The notes under the pieces are model-generated. The model ran no database searches, was not told the origin of the DNA, and was given only the letters and a program-made list of their open reading frames with translations. Source: Emiliania huxleyi CCMP1516 (lineage: Eukaryota). From it: a DNA stretch of 48,349 bases. This document shows, one piece after another, positions 22,958 through 34,928 of this stretch. A program made the translations under genes and the position numbers. The stretch's first letter is position 1. Each line of letters starts with the position of its first letter. The stretch is from assembly GCF_000372725.1 (NCBI RefSeq), contig NW_005201327.1, positions 252,815-301,163 on the forward strand. The letters run 5' to 3'.

Positions 22958-23140
22958 TTACACTATCTCGATCTGCCTAGGCGCGTCGATATTAGACGTG
23001 TCCTCCCCCTGGCCTACAGCAAAGTTGTCCCCCTCGCCCCACCCCCAGAAGGCACCGTCTGAGGTTTGTGCGAGGCTGTGGTTGCCTGCTGCCGTCACAG
23101 CGACCACGCGCCGCCCCGCGAATGCCTCGCATGGACAGGA
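22958..23140 (-). pseudogene. RCC1-repeat fragment with no visible upstream exons
   Basis: VVAVTAAGNHSLAQTSDGAFWGWGEG...GQG...P. Confidence 0.65.
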
Positions 23141-23309
23141 TCTGAGGCGGCACGCATGCCGTGTCTGACGTCGATGGCGTCGCCCCGCGCGTCGTGGACG
23201 CAACCTTGGGATTTCCTGCTCTGACATAGCATCTCGTCTGTATGTGGCGGCCAGGGCACGCCGTGCGCAGGCATGACCTTTGAGTATCTGTTGTAAAGTC
23301 ATAGTCATA

Positions 23310-24113
23310 CTCGACACCCCTCGACACCATCTACGATCAGGCTGGTACCACGCTCGCCGGTGTCAAGGTGCCAAACTCGACACCTCGACACCTCGACACC
23401 GCTCGACACCGCTCGACACCGCTCGACACCGCTCGACACGACCTCGAGCGCTCGACACCGCTCGACACCACCTCGACACCTCTGATGATCTAACACCAGC
23501 AGAGACGTAGACCCACATTGGAGTCACAGAGTTAGAAAATCAGGGTTTGCAGCAGCAATACTTGGATGGCAGTACTTTTATCCCTCAGTTGCAGCCTCTC
23601 AAAAGTTCTAGGTCAAGTTGCGGCTCAGCACCCCTGTTGATGTAGCAAACATGGCAGTACTCAGGTAGCCAGCTCAGGTGCTGCACAGCACCTTGTACAG
23701 TGGCAATGAATCCTCACACCAGTGAGCTTGTGCCATGAGTGCAGACCTGTGGTCCATTGCGCTTTGTGCACTGGCGATGCTGACAACGGCGACGCTGCAG
23801 CGGCGGCGACGCTGCTGCGATGGGGTGCTGTAGCCCTTAGCTGCTGGACAGCACCTTGTGCAGTGGCAATGTCCACTGATTCATGGCACCAGAGAGTATA
23901 CTGGTTGTGCTCAGGTTGTGCTACATCAACAGGGTGCACTGAGAGGCTGCAACTTCTAAGGGATGAAACAGCTTTGCAACTGCTGCCCAAGTTTTGTTGA
24001 TGGGCTGCAACTGCATCCTGCCACCTTGGACACCTCGACACCTCAGAGACGCCTCTTGACAACACTCGACACCCGCTCGACACCCTCGACACACCTCGAC
24101 ACACCCCTTGACA
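23310..24113. repeat. Two clusters of ctcgacac motifs (including a 10-bp gctcgacacc tandem) bracketing a CpG-poor core
   Basis: Clusters at ~23310-23480 and ~24028-24113. Confidence 0.75.
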
Positions 24114-26600
24114 CGAGGAGGAGGAGGAGGGGGGCGGAGGGGGGAGGAGCAGGAGGAGTCGGACGTGGGCGCCACGCGTCTCGATCACTCCGTGGAGGAG
24201 CCATGATGTAGAATGAAACTCGCTCTGCTGGTTGTCATCTCTGTCAACGGCGAGCTGTAGACGGTTCGGTGTGAACTCAAACTCACTCACTCTCAAAAAG
24301 TCTTTTCGCTCACTCGAGGTTCTCGAGGTTCTCGAGGTGGATATCCTTTGGCCGCGTTGGGTAGCGAGGATTGGTGTAACCCGAGCCACGGAGGCGTGTT
24401 TTCTGGCGGCCGACCGTCAGTGCACGGAGTTGCCACTTCTCCGACTGCCCCGGCTAGTTCCCGAGTTTCGCGGGAGTGACCCCATGCGTCAAACCCGAGA
24501 CCTAGCGCGGGTGGGTTGGAGGGGGCTCGCCCCGTTCCTCCCCATCGGGCCGCATGAGCGGCCACGCCTCGCAGATTCGTTTTCGCGCCTGGGTCAGGCG
24601 CGCGGGGCATCCCCCGGGTCGCTCGACCAGCGATCCGAAGAGTGGCCGCTATGCGAGGGAAAGAGTGGGGCCCTCGACGCCTCAGTCCGGCCCTCCGAGG
24701 GGGGAAGGGAATTGCGGGGTCCCCACGGGCGCCTCAGTTCGGCCCTCCCGAGGGGGGGGAGGGGAGCAAGGGGGTGGGGGGATCGGGGCGGGGGGGGAGG
24801 GGTCTCGGTTTCGTGTGGCTAATACTTGCCTTTCGGGGAGGGGCCTCCGTTCATCGCGACTGGGCCGCTCGGGATGCAGCCCCGCGCTCTCCCCGCCCCG
24901 CCCTCCTCCTCCCTCCCTCCCTGCCTCGACCCTCTTCCACGCGCCCGTCGCCCGTCGACGTCGCGCTGTGGCTGCCAGCCTGGCCCGGCCCCGCTCGGGT
25001 GCTCCGCCCTCCGCCCTCCGCAACCGCAATCCGCATCTCTGTCCCGTCACGGGGACGCGAGTCGCGCCGTGAATTACGGCTCGGCTTTACAAATTACAAT
25101 AAAATCAACTTCCATCAAACCCCCGTGCCCGGGTACTGTACCGTGGAGCGTGGTAAAGTAGTGCGACTACTAATAGCCTCTACCCAGCACCCCCGACCCC
25201 CGTAGCCGTACGCGCTCAAGAGGCACGACCCCCACGAGGGGGGTCGCAACTTCGCAGCCGGTGGCAACACTACAGGCTTGTATTATGGATCTTGGATGCC
25301 CGAGTAGGACCATCTGCTAGTGGCTCAAGTATCACTTTCAGGTGTAAATTAGGCAAACGCGGTTCTAGGTTAGGCCTGTTTAACGTTTTACATTACATAG
25401 GTCATCAGGAAGAGCAAGAGGTTGCACAGGGCTAATGGGCTCGTGCAAGCCTTGCGTCGCACAGGAACGGGGTAGCGCCCGCATCTTTCATCCCGCGAAT
25501 TTTCTCGTGCGGACGGCCCGCGCGCACCCACATACCCGGTTTCCTCAGCACCAGCGTGTCATTGTCCACCTTGCTGCTGGCTGCGTCGAAGACTCCCGCG
25601 CAGCCATTCATGTTCGGGCCGTGGAACTGGTGCATNNNNNNNNNNNNNNNNNNNNNNNNNNNNNNNNNNNNNNNNNNNNNNNNNNNNNNNNNNNNNNNNN
25701 NNNNNNNNNNNNNNNNNNNNNNNNNNNNNNNNNNNGCGGGCAAGCAAGCGGGGAGCGGCGGGCCGACGCGGCGGAGCGGGCGGGCAGGGTTATCGGGGGA
25801 ATCGTGTCCACAATCAGCGGCAGCGGAGCAGCAGCCGCAGCAGCAGCTGCTGCAGCAGCAAGCAGCAGCCAGATTGCTGCCGTTGTCTGCGCCGCGATCC
25901 GCCGCCGCGTCGCCGCGCCGCCGCCGCCTGCGCTCGCCGCCGCCTCGTAGACGACTCCTCTCGCGCTCGGAGAGCCGCGCAGCGGGCCGCGAGGTTGTGG
26001 TCAGAGAGCAGCAGGGTTGAGATCCACAAAATCGGCCAAATTTGAGGTTGCTCGAGAGAGCCTGGAAGAATGGTCCCGCGCCGTTGCCCCGGTGCCGGCG
26101 CATCACGTCTCAGCCGCGATGGGCCGGTTCCGCCGCGCAGTCGAGCAGCAGGAGCTCGGAGGCAACTTTGTCGACAAACTGGTCGAGCCAAAAATCGGCG
26201 AAGAAGCGGCACTGGCGGCACGCCGGGACGAATCCGGACTGATCACATTGTTCGGCACCGCGGCGGCGAGCCGCCGCGAGCCCACAGGAGAGCTGGGCGC
26301 CGCGGCACCAGACCGCGCCGCCAGCGAGGCGAGAGCACCAGCCGACCGGCCGTGACATGGCAGTTAGACGGCGGGAGCCCGTAATCCAGAAGGTGTGGCC
26401 AAATTTCTCTCTCGATCTTTTTCTTTATCTGTTGTGGAGAGAGAGAGTTTATCTGTTGTGTTCGATCCTTATCTGTTGTGTTCTCGCGCAGCGACTGTTC
26501 GCAGACCTAGTGGGCAGCGTTGTGCCGGAGATGCGAGCACGTCGCTCGCGCCGTCTTTTTGTGCTTGTTTTTTCTTTTCTCGCTGGAGGGGCGCCAAAAA

Positions 26601-29600
26601 ATGCCCGAGTCAGTGTGTGGCACGTCGCCTGCCGGGGCGCCGCTGCTTGGGCAGCGAGTCGAGCTCGGCGGGCTCTCCTCCCGCCCCGAGCTGAACGGGC
26701 AGCGGGGTGAGGCGCTGAGCTTCGAGGGCGGGCGGTACGCTGTGGCGCTCGAGGGCGGCGGCGAGAGCGTGCGGGTGCGGCCGGGTAATCTGTCGCCAGC
26801 GGTGTCGAGCGGTGGCGTGGCAGTCGCCGACGAGGTCGTGGCAGCGGCTGAGCGAGGCGAGGAGGAGGCGGTGCTGGCGTGGCTTGAAAGTGGCGGGCGG
26901 CCTGACGCGACGTACAAGAGAGGCAGCGTGAGCGGCATCACGCTGCTGATGCCCGCCGCCGGCGCAGGCCACGAGCGGGTGGTCGACTTGCTGATTCGGC
27001 GCGGCGCTGAGGTAAACTTGCAGAGCAGCAAAGGCGTCACCGCGCTGATGGGCGCCGCCTTCAACGGCCACGAGCGGGTGGTCGACTTGCTGCTGCAGCA
27101 CGGCGGTGAGGTCAACCTGCGGGACAGCCTCGGCTCCACCGCGCTGATGCACGCCGCCTGCTTCAACCACTCCGCCGTCGTGCGGCGCTTGCTGCGGGCG
27201 GGCGCAGACACGGCGGCGCGCAGTGCGAACGGCAAGACGGCGCTGCAGTTTGCCAAGGAGCAGAGCCACGCCGAGTGCGTCGAGGCTTTCAGGCAGCACG
27301 TCAAGGAGTCGGTCGTGGCGGGACGGCCCACTGCGGCGGTAGCCGGCGGCGCAGGCGCAGGCGGCGTTTCCTCCGGCGGCGCTTCCTCGGCTGGATCGAG
27401 AGTCGCGAAGACGCTCTCTCCAGCGGGGGCGGCGGAGCAGGCGTCGAGCGGTGTCGTGGCAGTCTCCGATGAGGTCGTGGCAGCGGCGGAGCGAGGCGAC
27501 GAGGAGGCGGTGCTGGCGTGGCTCGAGGGCGGCGGGAAGGTCAACGCGACGTACGAGAGTTACTCCGAGAGAGGCGACGCGAGCGGCCTCACGCTGCTGA
27601 TGAAAGCCGCTGTCCACGGCCACAAGCGGCTGGTCGAGCTGCTGCTGCAGCACGGCGCGGACATCGATCTGCAGAGCAGCACCGGCACCACCGCGCTGGT
27701 GGGCGCCGCCCTCCGGGGCCACGAGCGGGTGGTCGACTTGCTGATTCGGCGCGGCGCTGATGTCAACCTGCAGAGCAGCGAGGGCGGCACCGCGCTGATG
27801 AACGCCACCACCAACGGCCATGGGCGGGTGGTCGACTTGCTGATACGACGTGGTGGGGCGGAGATCAACCTGCAGGACAGCGGCGGCAACACCGCGCTGA
27901 TGTACGCCGCCGCCCACGGCCACGAGCGGGTGGTCGAGTTGCTGCAGCACGGGGCGGAGCTCGACCTGCAGAACAGCAAAGGCTACACTGCGCTGATGTT
28001 CGCCGCCAGCCGCAACCACCCCGCCGTCGTGCGGCGCTTGCTGCAGGCGGGCGCAGACGCGACGGCGCGCAGCACGAGCGGCAAGACGGCGCTGCAGTTG
28101 GCCAAGGAGAAGGGCTTCGCCGAGTGCGTGCGCGCCTTCGAGGAGCACTCGTCGGCCGCAGCAGAAGCAGAGCGGGAGACGGCGGTGGCAGAACAGGCCG
28201 CGGCGGCCGCACGCGAGGTGGCAGCGGCTGCGGAGGCGGCGGAGGCGCGCGATGCTGCCGAGGCGGCGCTGCGCGAGGCTGTGGAGGCGTGCGAGCGAGG
28301 CGACGCCGATCTCGAGGCGCTCAGGGCGGTGATCAACGCGAACGTCGAAGCCGCCGACGGCTCGGAGGCGTTACGGGTGGCGCGGCGGCTGTGCGACGAG
28401 CTGGCGGAGCGAAGGACCCGCGAGGCGAGGGCGCTGAAGCGGCAGCGGCAGAAGGAGGAGAAGGCGGCGGCGAGGCAGGCGGCGGAGGAGGCGCGGGCGG
28501 CGGACGAGGCGCGGGCGGCGGAGGAGGCGCGGGCGGCTGAGGAGACGCGAGTGGCGGAGGAAGCGGATCGGGTGGTAGCAGAGATTGCGGCGGCGCGGGC
28601 GGCAGAGGAAGCGGAGGCGGCGTCGCGGGCAAGGGAGGAGGCAGAGGCGAGGGCAAGGGAGGAGGCGGCAAGGGAGAGGGAAGAAGCGAGGGAGAGGGCG
28701 GCGACGGAGGCGGCGGCGGAGGCGGCGGCGGAGGTGGCGGCTGTAGAGGCGGCCGTCGCGGCCGTGGCGGCGGCGGAGGCTCAAGAGGCGGCGGCAGCGG
28801 AGCCGTCGGCAGCGGCGGCGGCAGCGGTGGCTTCGGCGAGTGTCGCCACCCTCGCCGCCGCCGCCGCGCCGCCCGCCGCCGTCCCTCTCGACGAGCTCAT
28901 CGCAGCGACGGACGGCTTTGCCGAGGCGCGCAAGGTGGGCGAGGGAGGCTTCGGGCGCGTCTACCGCTGCGACGCGCTGCCGTCGCTCCTGCGCGTCGCT
29001 TGCGGGTTCGCCGTCAAGACGGCGCTGGTCGGTGTCGGCGCCCAAGGCCTCGCCGAGCTGCAGAGCGAGGTGCGCACGCTCAGCGCGGCGTGTCACCGGT
29101 CCCTGCTCCCTCTCCTCGGCGTCTGCTTGGCGCCGGCGAGAGCGTGCCTCGTCTACCCCCTCTGCCGCGGCGGCAGCCTCGAGGACCGCCTCTACCGCTC
29201 GCCAGCCGCACTGCAGCGGCTCCGCATGCTCGGCTTCGAGACGCCGCCTCCGCCGCTCTCCTCTGCCGCACGGCTCCGCGTGCTGCGCGACGCCGCGAGC
29301 GCGCTACATTACTTGCACACGCGCTCTCCGATGATCCTGCACCGCGACGTCTCGGCGGGCAACATCCTGCTCGACGAGCGCGGCAACGGCTACCTCGCCG
29401 ACGTGGGCCTCGCGCGCGCGGCAGACGCGACGGCCGGCAGCAATGGACAGGTGTCGCACCTGTCGACGCAGCGCCTCTTCGGCAAGCTTGGGTACATGGA
29501 CTCGATCATTTCGCAGAGCGGGCAGGCGTCGCAGCTGACCGACGGCTTTGCGCTCGGCATCACTCTGCTTGTCGCCCTGACCGGCCGCGGCGCCGTCGGC

Positions 29601-30170
29601 CTCCTCGACGAGTGCTACGCTGCCCTGGAGGAGCCCGACACCGCGAAGGAGGGCATCGCGGCGGCCGACGCGGGCTGGTCGGCGGCGCAGGCCGAGGAGC
29701 TGGCGAGGCTTGTGGTCGGGCTGGCGTACGAGAGGAAACCGAAGCGGATGCCGCTCGCAGACGCACTGCCGCGGCTGGAGGCGCTAGTCGAAGCAGCGGG
29801 GGAAGTGGGTGAGACGGCTCGGGCCGAGGAGCGCCAGTGTGACCTCTGCTGGGACGCGCCGCGCTCGGTCCGCTTCGCGTGCGGCCATGCGCTGTACTGT
29901 GAGACGTGTGCGCCGCGCGTGCTGGAGCGCGACACCAACTGCCCGGCTTGCCGCAAGCCGGCGCTGCCGCTCGCCGCAATTGGGACACAGGTGGCAGAGC
30001 AGGCGACGTTTGTCCACCAGCCGCCCGCTCGCGCTGTGCCACACCCTCCGCCCGCTGGTGCCGCGGCGGTGGTCGGCGGGCGAGGCGGGCGAGGCGGGCG
30101 GGGAGGGCGGGGCGGGCGGGGCGGGCGGGGGAGGCCGCGGGGCGAGGGGCGGGGCGCTGGCAGCTCGTAG
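26601..30170 (+). CDS. SH3-like N-terminus + two ankyrin blocks + coiled coil + IRAK/Pelle-like kinase + RING + RGG tail, intronless
   Basis: GQRVELGGLSSRPELNG; ankyrin repeats; DELIAATDGF, GEGGFGRVY, FAVK, HRDVSAGN, DVG; CDLC...CGH..YCETC...CPACR; (GGR)n. Confidence 0.9.
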   Translation: MPESVCGTSPAGAPLLGQRVELGGLSSRPELNGQRGEALSFEGGRYAVALEGGGESVRVRPGNLSPAVSSGGVAVADEVVAAAERGEEEAVLAWLESGGRPDATYKRGSVSGITLLMPAAGAGHERVVDLLIRRGAEVNLQSSKGVTALMGAAFNGHERVVDLLLQHGGEVNLRDSLGSTALMHAACFNHSAVVRRLLRAGADTAARSANGKTALQFAKEQSHAECVEAFRQHVKESVVAGRPTAAVAGGAGAGGVSSGGASSAGSRVAKTLSPAGAAEQASSGVVAVSDEVVAAAERGDEEAVLAWLEGGGKVNATYESYSERGDASGLTLLMKAAVHGHKRLVELLLQHGADIDLQSSTGTTALVGAALRGHERVVDLLIRRGADVNLQSSEGGTALMNATTNGHGRVVDLLIRRGGAEINLQDSGGNTALMYAAAHGHERVVELLQHGAELDLQNSKGYTALMFAASRNHPAVVRRLLQAGADATARSTSGKTALQLAKEKGFAECVRAFEEHSSAAAEAERETAVAEQAAAAAREVAAAAEAAEARDAAEAALREAVEACERGDADLEALRAVINANVEAADGSEALRVARRLCDELAERRTREARALKRQRQKEEKAAARQAAEEARAADEARAAEEARAAEETRVAEEADRVVAEIAAARAAEEAEAASRAREEAEARAREEAAREREEARERAATEAAAEAAAEVAAVEAAVAAVAAAEAQEAAAAEPSAAAAAAVASASVATLAAAAAPPAAVPLDELIAATDGFAEARKVGEGGFGRVYRCDALPSLLRVACGFAVKTALVGVGAQGLAELQSEVRTLSAACHRSLLPLLGVCLAPARACLVYPLCRGGSLEDRLYRSPAALQRLRMLGFETPPPPLSSAARLRVLRDAASALHYLHTRSPMILHRDVSAGNILLDERGNGYLADVGLARAADATAGSNGQVSHLSTQRLFGKLGYMDSIISQSGQASQLTDGFALGITLLVALTGRGAVGLLDECYAALEEPDTAKEGIAAADAGWSAAQAEELARLVVGLAYERKPKRMPLADALPRLEALVEAAGEVGETARAEERQCDLCWDAPRSVRFACGHALYCETCAPRVLERDTNCPACRKPALPLAAIGTQVAEQATFVHQPPARAVPHPPPAGAAAVVGGRGGRGGRGGRGGRGGRGRPRGEGRGAGSS

Positions 30171-31388
30171 CTCATAAGACATTACCGGTAGTACGTGAAT
30201 GCGTTTTGCATGTTTTATCCCCCACGCCGGTGCGGCCCAGGGTGTGTGCGTGCGGTGACTGCTGATATACGATTACACAGTACGCGATAGCGTGTGAATG
30301 CTGCGAATCGTTAAACTATGAATGATCGTGTGAGCCGCTTTTGTTTCGGCGGCGCAGCGCGTGGTTCGTTTTCTCATCATAAATAGCGAACGACTCCCTC
30401 TCCTCGCATGCCTCTCGCGCTGCGCTGCGGGCCCTCTTGCGCCGTTCGTGGGAGTTCGGACATCTCGTTCGAGTTGACACGCGCTTCTCCAACCTCTCTC
30501 GCTCTCTCTCTCTCTTGCGCACTTCCCCCCCCCCGACTAGTCGTGTGAGCACGAAGCGCTTCGCGTGCTTTGCGCTCTCGAGCTCGGCCAGGCACGCGTT
30601 CCTCGCCCATCGGGCGCAGAAGGCGAGCATGGACTCCATCTCCTTGCGGCCGCCTACTCACGCGCGGGCCACCCGTGAGGAGCCGCCGCGCCGGCGTGGG
30701 TCGCGCGGACGGCGTCGGCGTCGCGGCCGCCCGTGTTGGAAATCGTGATGTTGTTCATCGTGAAGCCGAGCGTGAAGACGTCCGCCTGTTCACGCCGCGG
30801 TATTTGAGGAGCACCGCTACACTCTGAAGTTCGGCCGGGTGGTCTGCAGACCCCCCCCCCCCCCCCGAAGCAGCAGAGGCTCCGTGGGGTCGCAAAGTCG
30901 ACGCTGGGAGTCGCACTCGTCAAACCATCGCAGCACCACGCGGTCCGCACGTACCGCCCACATCCGCTCCACCGCTGAGAAGGCGCAGATCGACCGCCGG
31001 GCCGCGTAGTCGGCGTTAAGGAGCGGTTTTCGGAGCCGTACGAAGAGGTCCCAGACGGGCGAACATGCGGTTTTTCGATGACCACACGCGATGTGGTATC
31101 TGGTTTTTGCTAAAAACGGGCCGCCTAGTGCAGCATCACTAGTAAAACACGCAACCACACTGAGAGCTCCACACTAGCCGGTATAGGCGAGCCCCGGCGG
31201 CCTCACCGTCGCCGCTCGCGGCGGAGCCGACGGCGGAGCCACGGGCCGCCAGGGTGCAGCTGCAGGAAGTCGAGAGTGCCATCAAAGGGACTGCGGCAGA
31301 AGACGCCCAATCTTGCTGCGCAAGAACCATGCGGTGTGCGTGGCATTACCAGGGCCAGAGTGAGCAGGTGGCGCGGTCTAATTTTTCC

Positions 31389-31523
31389 TTTGGAGCACTT
31401 GGAGTGCAGTCATTAGCCTCACATCCAGGGCCGGGGAGCTAAGAAGCGCACCCAGCGGGCCGGATGATCGGGATCGGGTTGCGGGCAAGAGAGCCCTAGC
31501 CCCGGGGGTGCGCGTTCGCAGGG
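31389..31523 (+). repeat. Dispersed repeat; second copy at ~38881-39015
   Basis: tttggagcacttggagtgc...gggcaagagagccctagcc...tcgcaggg in both copies, with substitutions. Confidence 0.85.
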
Positions 31524-32340
31524 AAAGGGCCTTAAAGTAAACACGGGTCTCCGAGGGTTGGCTCCGCGCTCCGGGTTTCCCCTAGCAGCAGACCGCCCCC
31601 TCTACTCGGCGCTATAATGAACACCAGACATGAACACGACACGTACTCTCACACGACGTCACCGCTCAGGGCCCCTTCGCGCAAGGTCCTCATCCTCACT
31701 CCGGAGGAGGCTCCCCTCTCCTCTGAGTTCTTCCTCCTGTTCGCCTTCCGATGATCATCCGACGGGCGCGGGGCCCGACCTCCCCTCCTAGCCTTTTCGC
31801 AGCCGCGGCCCCGCCACCACCTCGTCTTCTCTGTCCGATTCCGTCGCCACCACCGACGGTGATCCCATGCCCGACTCCTCGGGCGATGGCAGCGGCATTG
31901 GATCGCCACCCTACCCTTCCCCGGGAAGTGGGGCCAGCTCACTTTGATCGAGGACTCGTGCCCGCCCCCGCAGTCTCCCTATCGTCCTCGGCTCGTCCGA
32001 ACGTCCCGACTCTACTCGCAAAGGCCGCGCCAGCTCATCTCTCACCCTCTCCGAGTGAGTGAGTACACACACACACACACACACACCCTTGGGCCGCGTA
32101 CCATACCATACCCCGGAAAAAGTTGGAACCGAGGTGGGGCCTCAGAAGCCGTCGCCCCCACCACAGGAGGAAGCCGTCGCCCGCGCCTCGCCTGTTCCCC
32201 TGAATCGTGTCGGCGCGCACGTTTTTTTGGAATTTTTTCCATAAATCTTTTTCTCAAATCTTTTACAACTCACGGTTCCAGCCTGGTGGGGGCTGCCATC
32301 GCCGCCAGCCACTCTCGGCCGACACCGACCTCCTCTGGTA

Positions 32341-33817
32341 ATGCTGGTGCTACCTCTCATCGCCCATACGTTCGCCACACCGGGCCGCTCTCCGGTCCTG
32401 CGGCTGCCGTCCGCCGCCAGCGTGTCGGGCCGGCTCGATGGCGCGCAAAGTGCTGCCACGCTAGCTGAGGAGAACGAGCTGCTGCGGGCGCGCGTGGCGG
32501 AGCTGGAAGAGCGTGCGGAGTCGACCGAGGGGCTCTGCGAACTGCTCGACGACGGCGGCGGCTGGACGTCCTCCCTCCGCACGCGCGCCTCGTGGCTGCT
32601 CGGGCTGCTCGTGTGCCAGAGCGCATCTTCGCTGGTGCTGGTGAGTCCACGGAGGGTAGTGCTGGTGGCCCCACACGTGCACACACACGCTCCTCGCGCC
32701 CGGGGCGAGCCGACACGGAGGCCCGCCATCGCGAGGCGCGGCGTGTCGGACCTTCGAGCCGCCCCTCTCACCCCGCACCTGGAATCATCAGCACCAAGTC
32801 GGGTACGCGAGCAAGCCAACGCGCTGCGAGAGAAGCCTGCTCCGCCCTCTGAAGACGCGGTCCACACCGCCTGCTCGCACCGAGCCACCCTGACGCAACG
32901 GCTCTTGCGATGTTGCGATGTGCCGCGCCCGCCCCCGCCAGGCGGAGAACGAGTCTCTGCTGCTCGAGCACCCGACGGTCATCTTCTTCATGACGATGCT
33001 CGTCGGCGCGGGCGGGAACGCCGGCAACCAGGCGGCCGCGCGAATCACGTGCACGACATGCCCACGACATGCCCACGACACGTCCACGACACGTCCACGA
33101 CACGCCCACGACACGTCCACGACACGTCCACGACACGCCCACGACACGTCCACGACACGTCCACGACACGCCCACGACACGTCCACGACACGTCCACGAC
33201 ACGCCCACGACACGTCCACGACATGTCCACGACACGCCCACGACACGTCCACGACACGCCCACGACACGCCCACGACACGTCCACGACACGCCCACGACA
33301 CGTCCACGACACGTCCACGACACGTCCAGGCGGCAGTGCGAATCATCCGCGGCCTCGCCACCGGAGAGGTTGATCCGCGGCCGACGCAGCGCACGCGCAG
33401 CATCGTGTCGGACGAGCTGCTGCGAGCGGCGGTGCTCGCCTTTATCCTCGTCGTCGCCGGGTTTGTGCGCGTCGTCGCCTTCGACGCAACGCTCGCCGCC
33501 CTCTAGATGCCGGGACACCCCCCACCTCTCCCCATCTTTCGCGTCGCTCGGCGCTCTGAATGCAGTGCACGCCGGGACTATCTTCACACCGCCGGCATTC
33601 GCGCTCCAGGCTCGCCGATGCCGCCGCCATCTCCGCCTCCCTCTTCCTCATCGTTAGCACGTCAGTTGTGCTCGGCACCCTACTCCCGCTGCTGCTGCAG
33701 GCCGCAAAGATCGACGCGGCACACGCGTCCACCACTATCCAGGTGGTCATGGACGTGCTAGGAGTGCTAATCACCTGCTCCGTCGCCCCTGTCGTCTTTG
33801 GCGCCTTGGCCACGTAG
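32341..33817 (+). CDS. MgtE-family Mg2+ transporter (membrane domain), multi-exon
   Basis: RASWLLGLL, TMLVGAGGNAGNQ|AAVRIIRGLATGE, IDAAHASTTIQVVMDVLG. Confidence 0.9.
33050..33327. repeat. Intronic 11-bp tandem repeat cacgacacg(t/c)c
   Basis: Directly visible inside an intron of the MgtE gene. Confidence 0.95.
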
Positions 33818-34928
33818 GGGCTGTCTAGTTTTTCGTCCCCAGACGGTGTGCGGCTGTACGCTCTGCGTGGGTCATGGTCAGCGTGTGCTGGAGTGAGACT
33901 GGCGTAACACGGTAAGGTTCGCGAGCGTGGCAATAGCTCCACACACGCGGCGAGCGGCGTAGAGCGCCTTAGCCCTTACGTCCACATCTTTAAAAAGATA
34001 GTAGGATAAAGCCGATCGCGTATTTCGATCGCACCGTATGCGACGCGTGACTGCCCGGGTTCTCGCTGATTCGCTCGGTTCTCCGCACGCGGCGCGGCTC
34101 GGTGGCCCCCCCGCCAGTTGTGCGTACGAGGAAGTAATTACTATGAACCAGACCACGAAACTTTCTACACCACACCATCTCACACCACACACCAATCACC
34201 ATGGTCCATGCTCGTCACATGTGCGACTGCGCACACTCAAGGCAATGCCAATGGCGTCCGATGGTGAAGCAGTGAGGCGAGCTTAGATGCTGAAGAGTCC
34301 AAAGCGGCGCAGCCGGTTGAGGCGTGGTTGCTCGCCCTGCAGGGAAAAGTTCGTGGGACCCCGTGGCCACTGTGGCTTGGCGCTGCTGACAAGCGGCAGG
34401 CGGGTGCCATTATCCAAGACCGTGGGTCCGGCCTCGCCTTTGCTGTGCCGCCGCTGCGGAGTGGGCGGTTGTGGGCCGTCGATGTGCGCGAGGGTGAAGG
34501 GGACCGGCATGGGCGCAAGGAAGACGAAGGAGAGAGAGGTTTCGAGAGGCCTTGTTGATCGCGGTGGCAACTATGACTCCTTGTCTGTGATGAGAGGCGG
34601 CTGGAAATTTCATCTTAATCCTGACGAAATAAGGGCGGGCACTGACGGACGGAGATCAGCTATAGAGAGCGTCACATGTGCCCCCCCCCCCCCCCTGTGT
34701 TAGTGCCAGTGCGCACCAGAAAGAAAGAAAGAAAACAGACACGCCAAACGAGGGATGGGACGAGGACAGGGTCCCCACCTGCACGAGCAGGATTTTGGAA
34801 GGACGATCAGGGGGACAGGTGGGGCTCTCCTGCTCCTGACAAGGGACACGACAGGCTCGCAGCGCGGTGCGCGGTGGACTCCCACATCCACTGGCGGTCT
34901 CATCTCAGTCTAGCGACCTGCCTCCAGC

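Noticed and set aside
31126..31143. Helitron 3' end (ctagtg...cactag)
   Set aside because: The CTAG is part of the hairpin itself and no Rep/helicase or matching 5' end is seen
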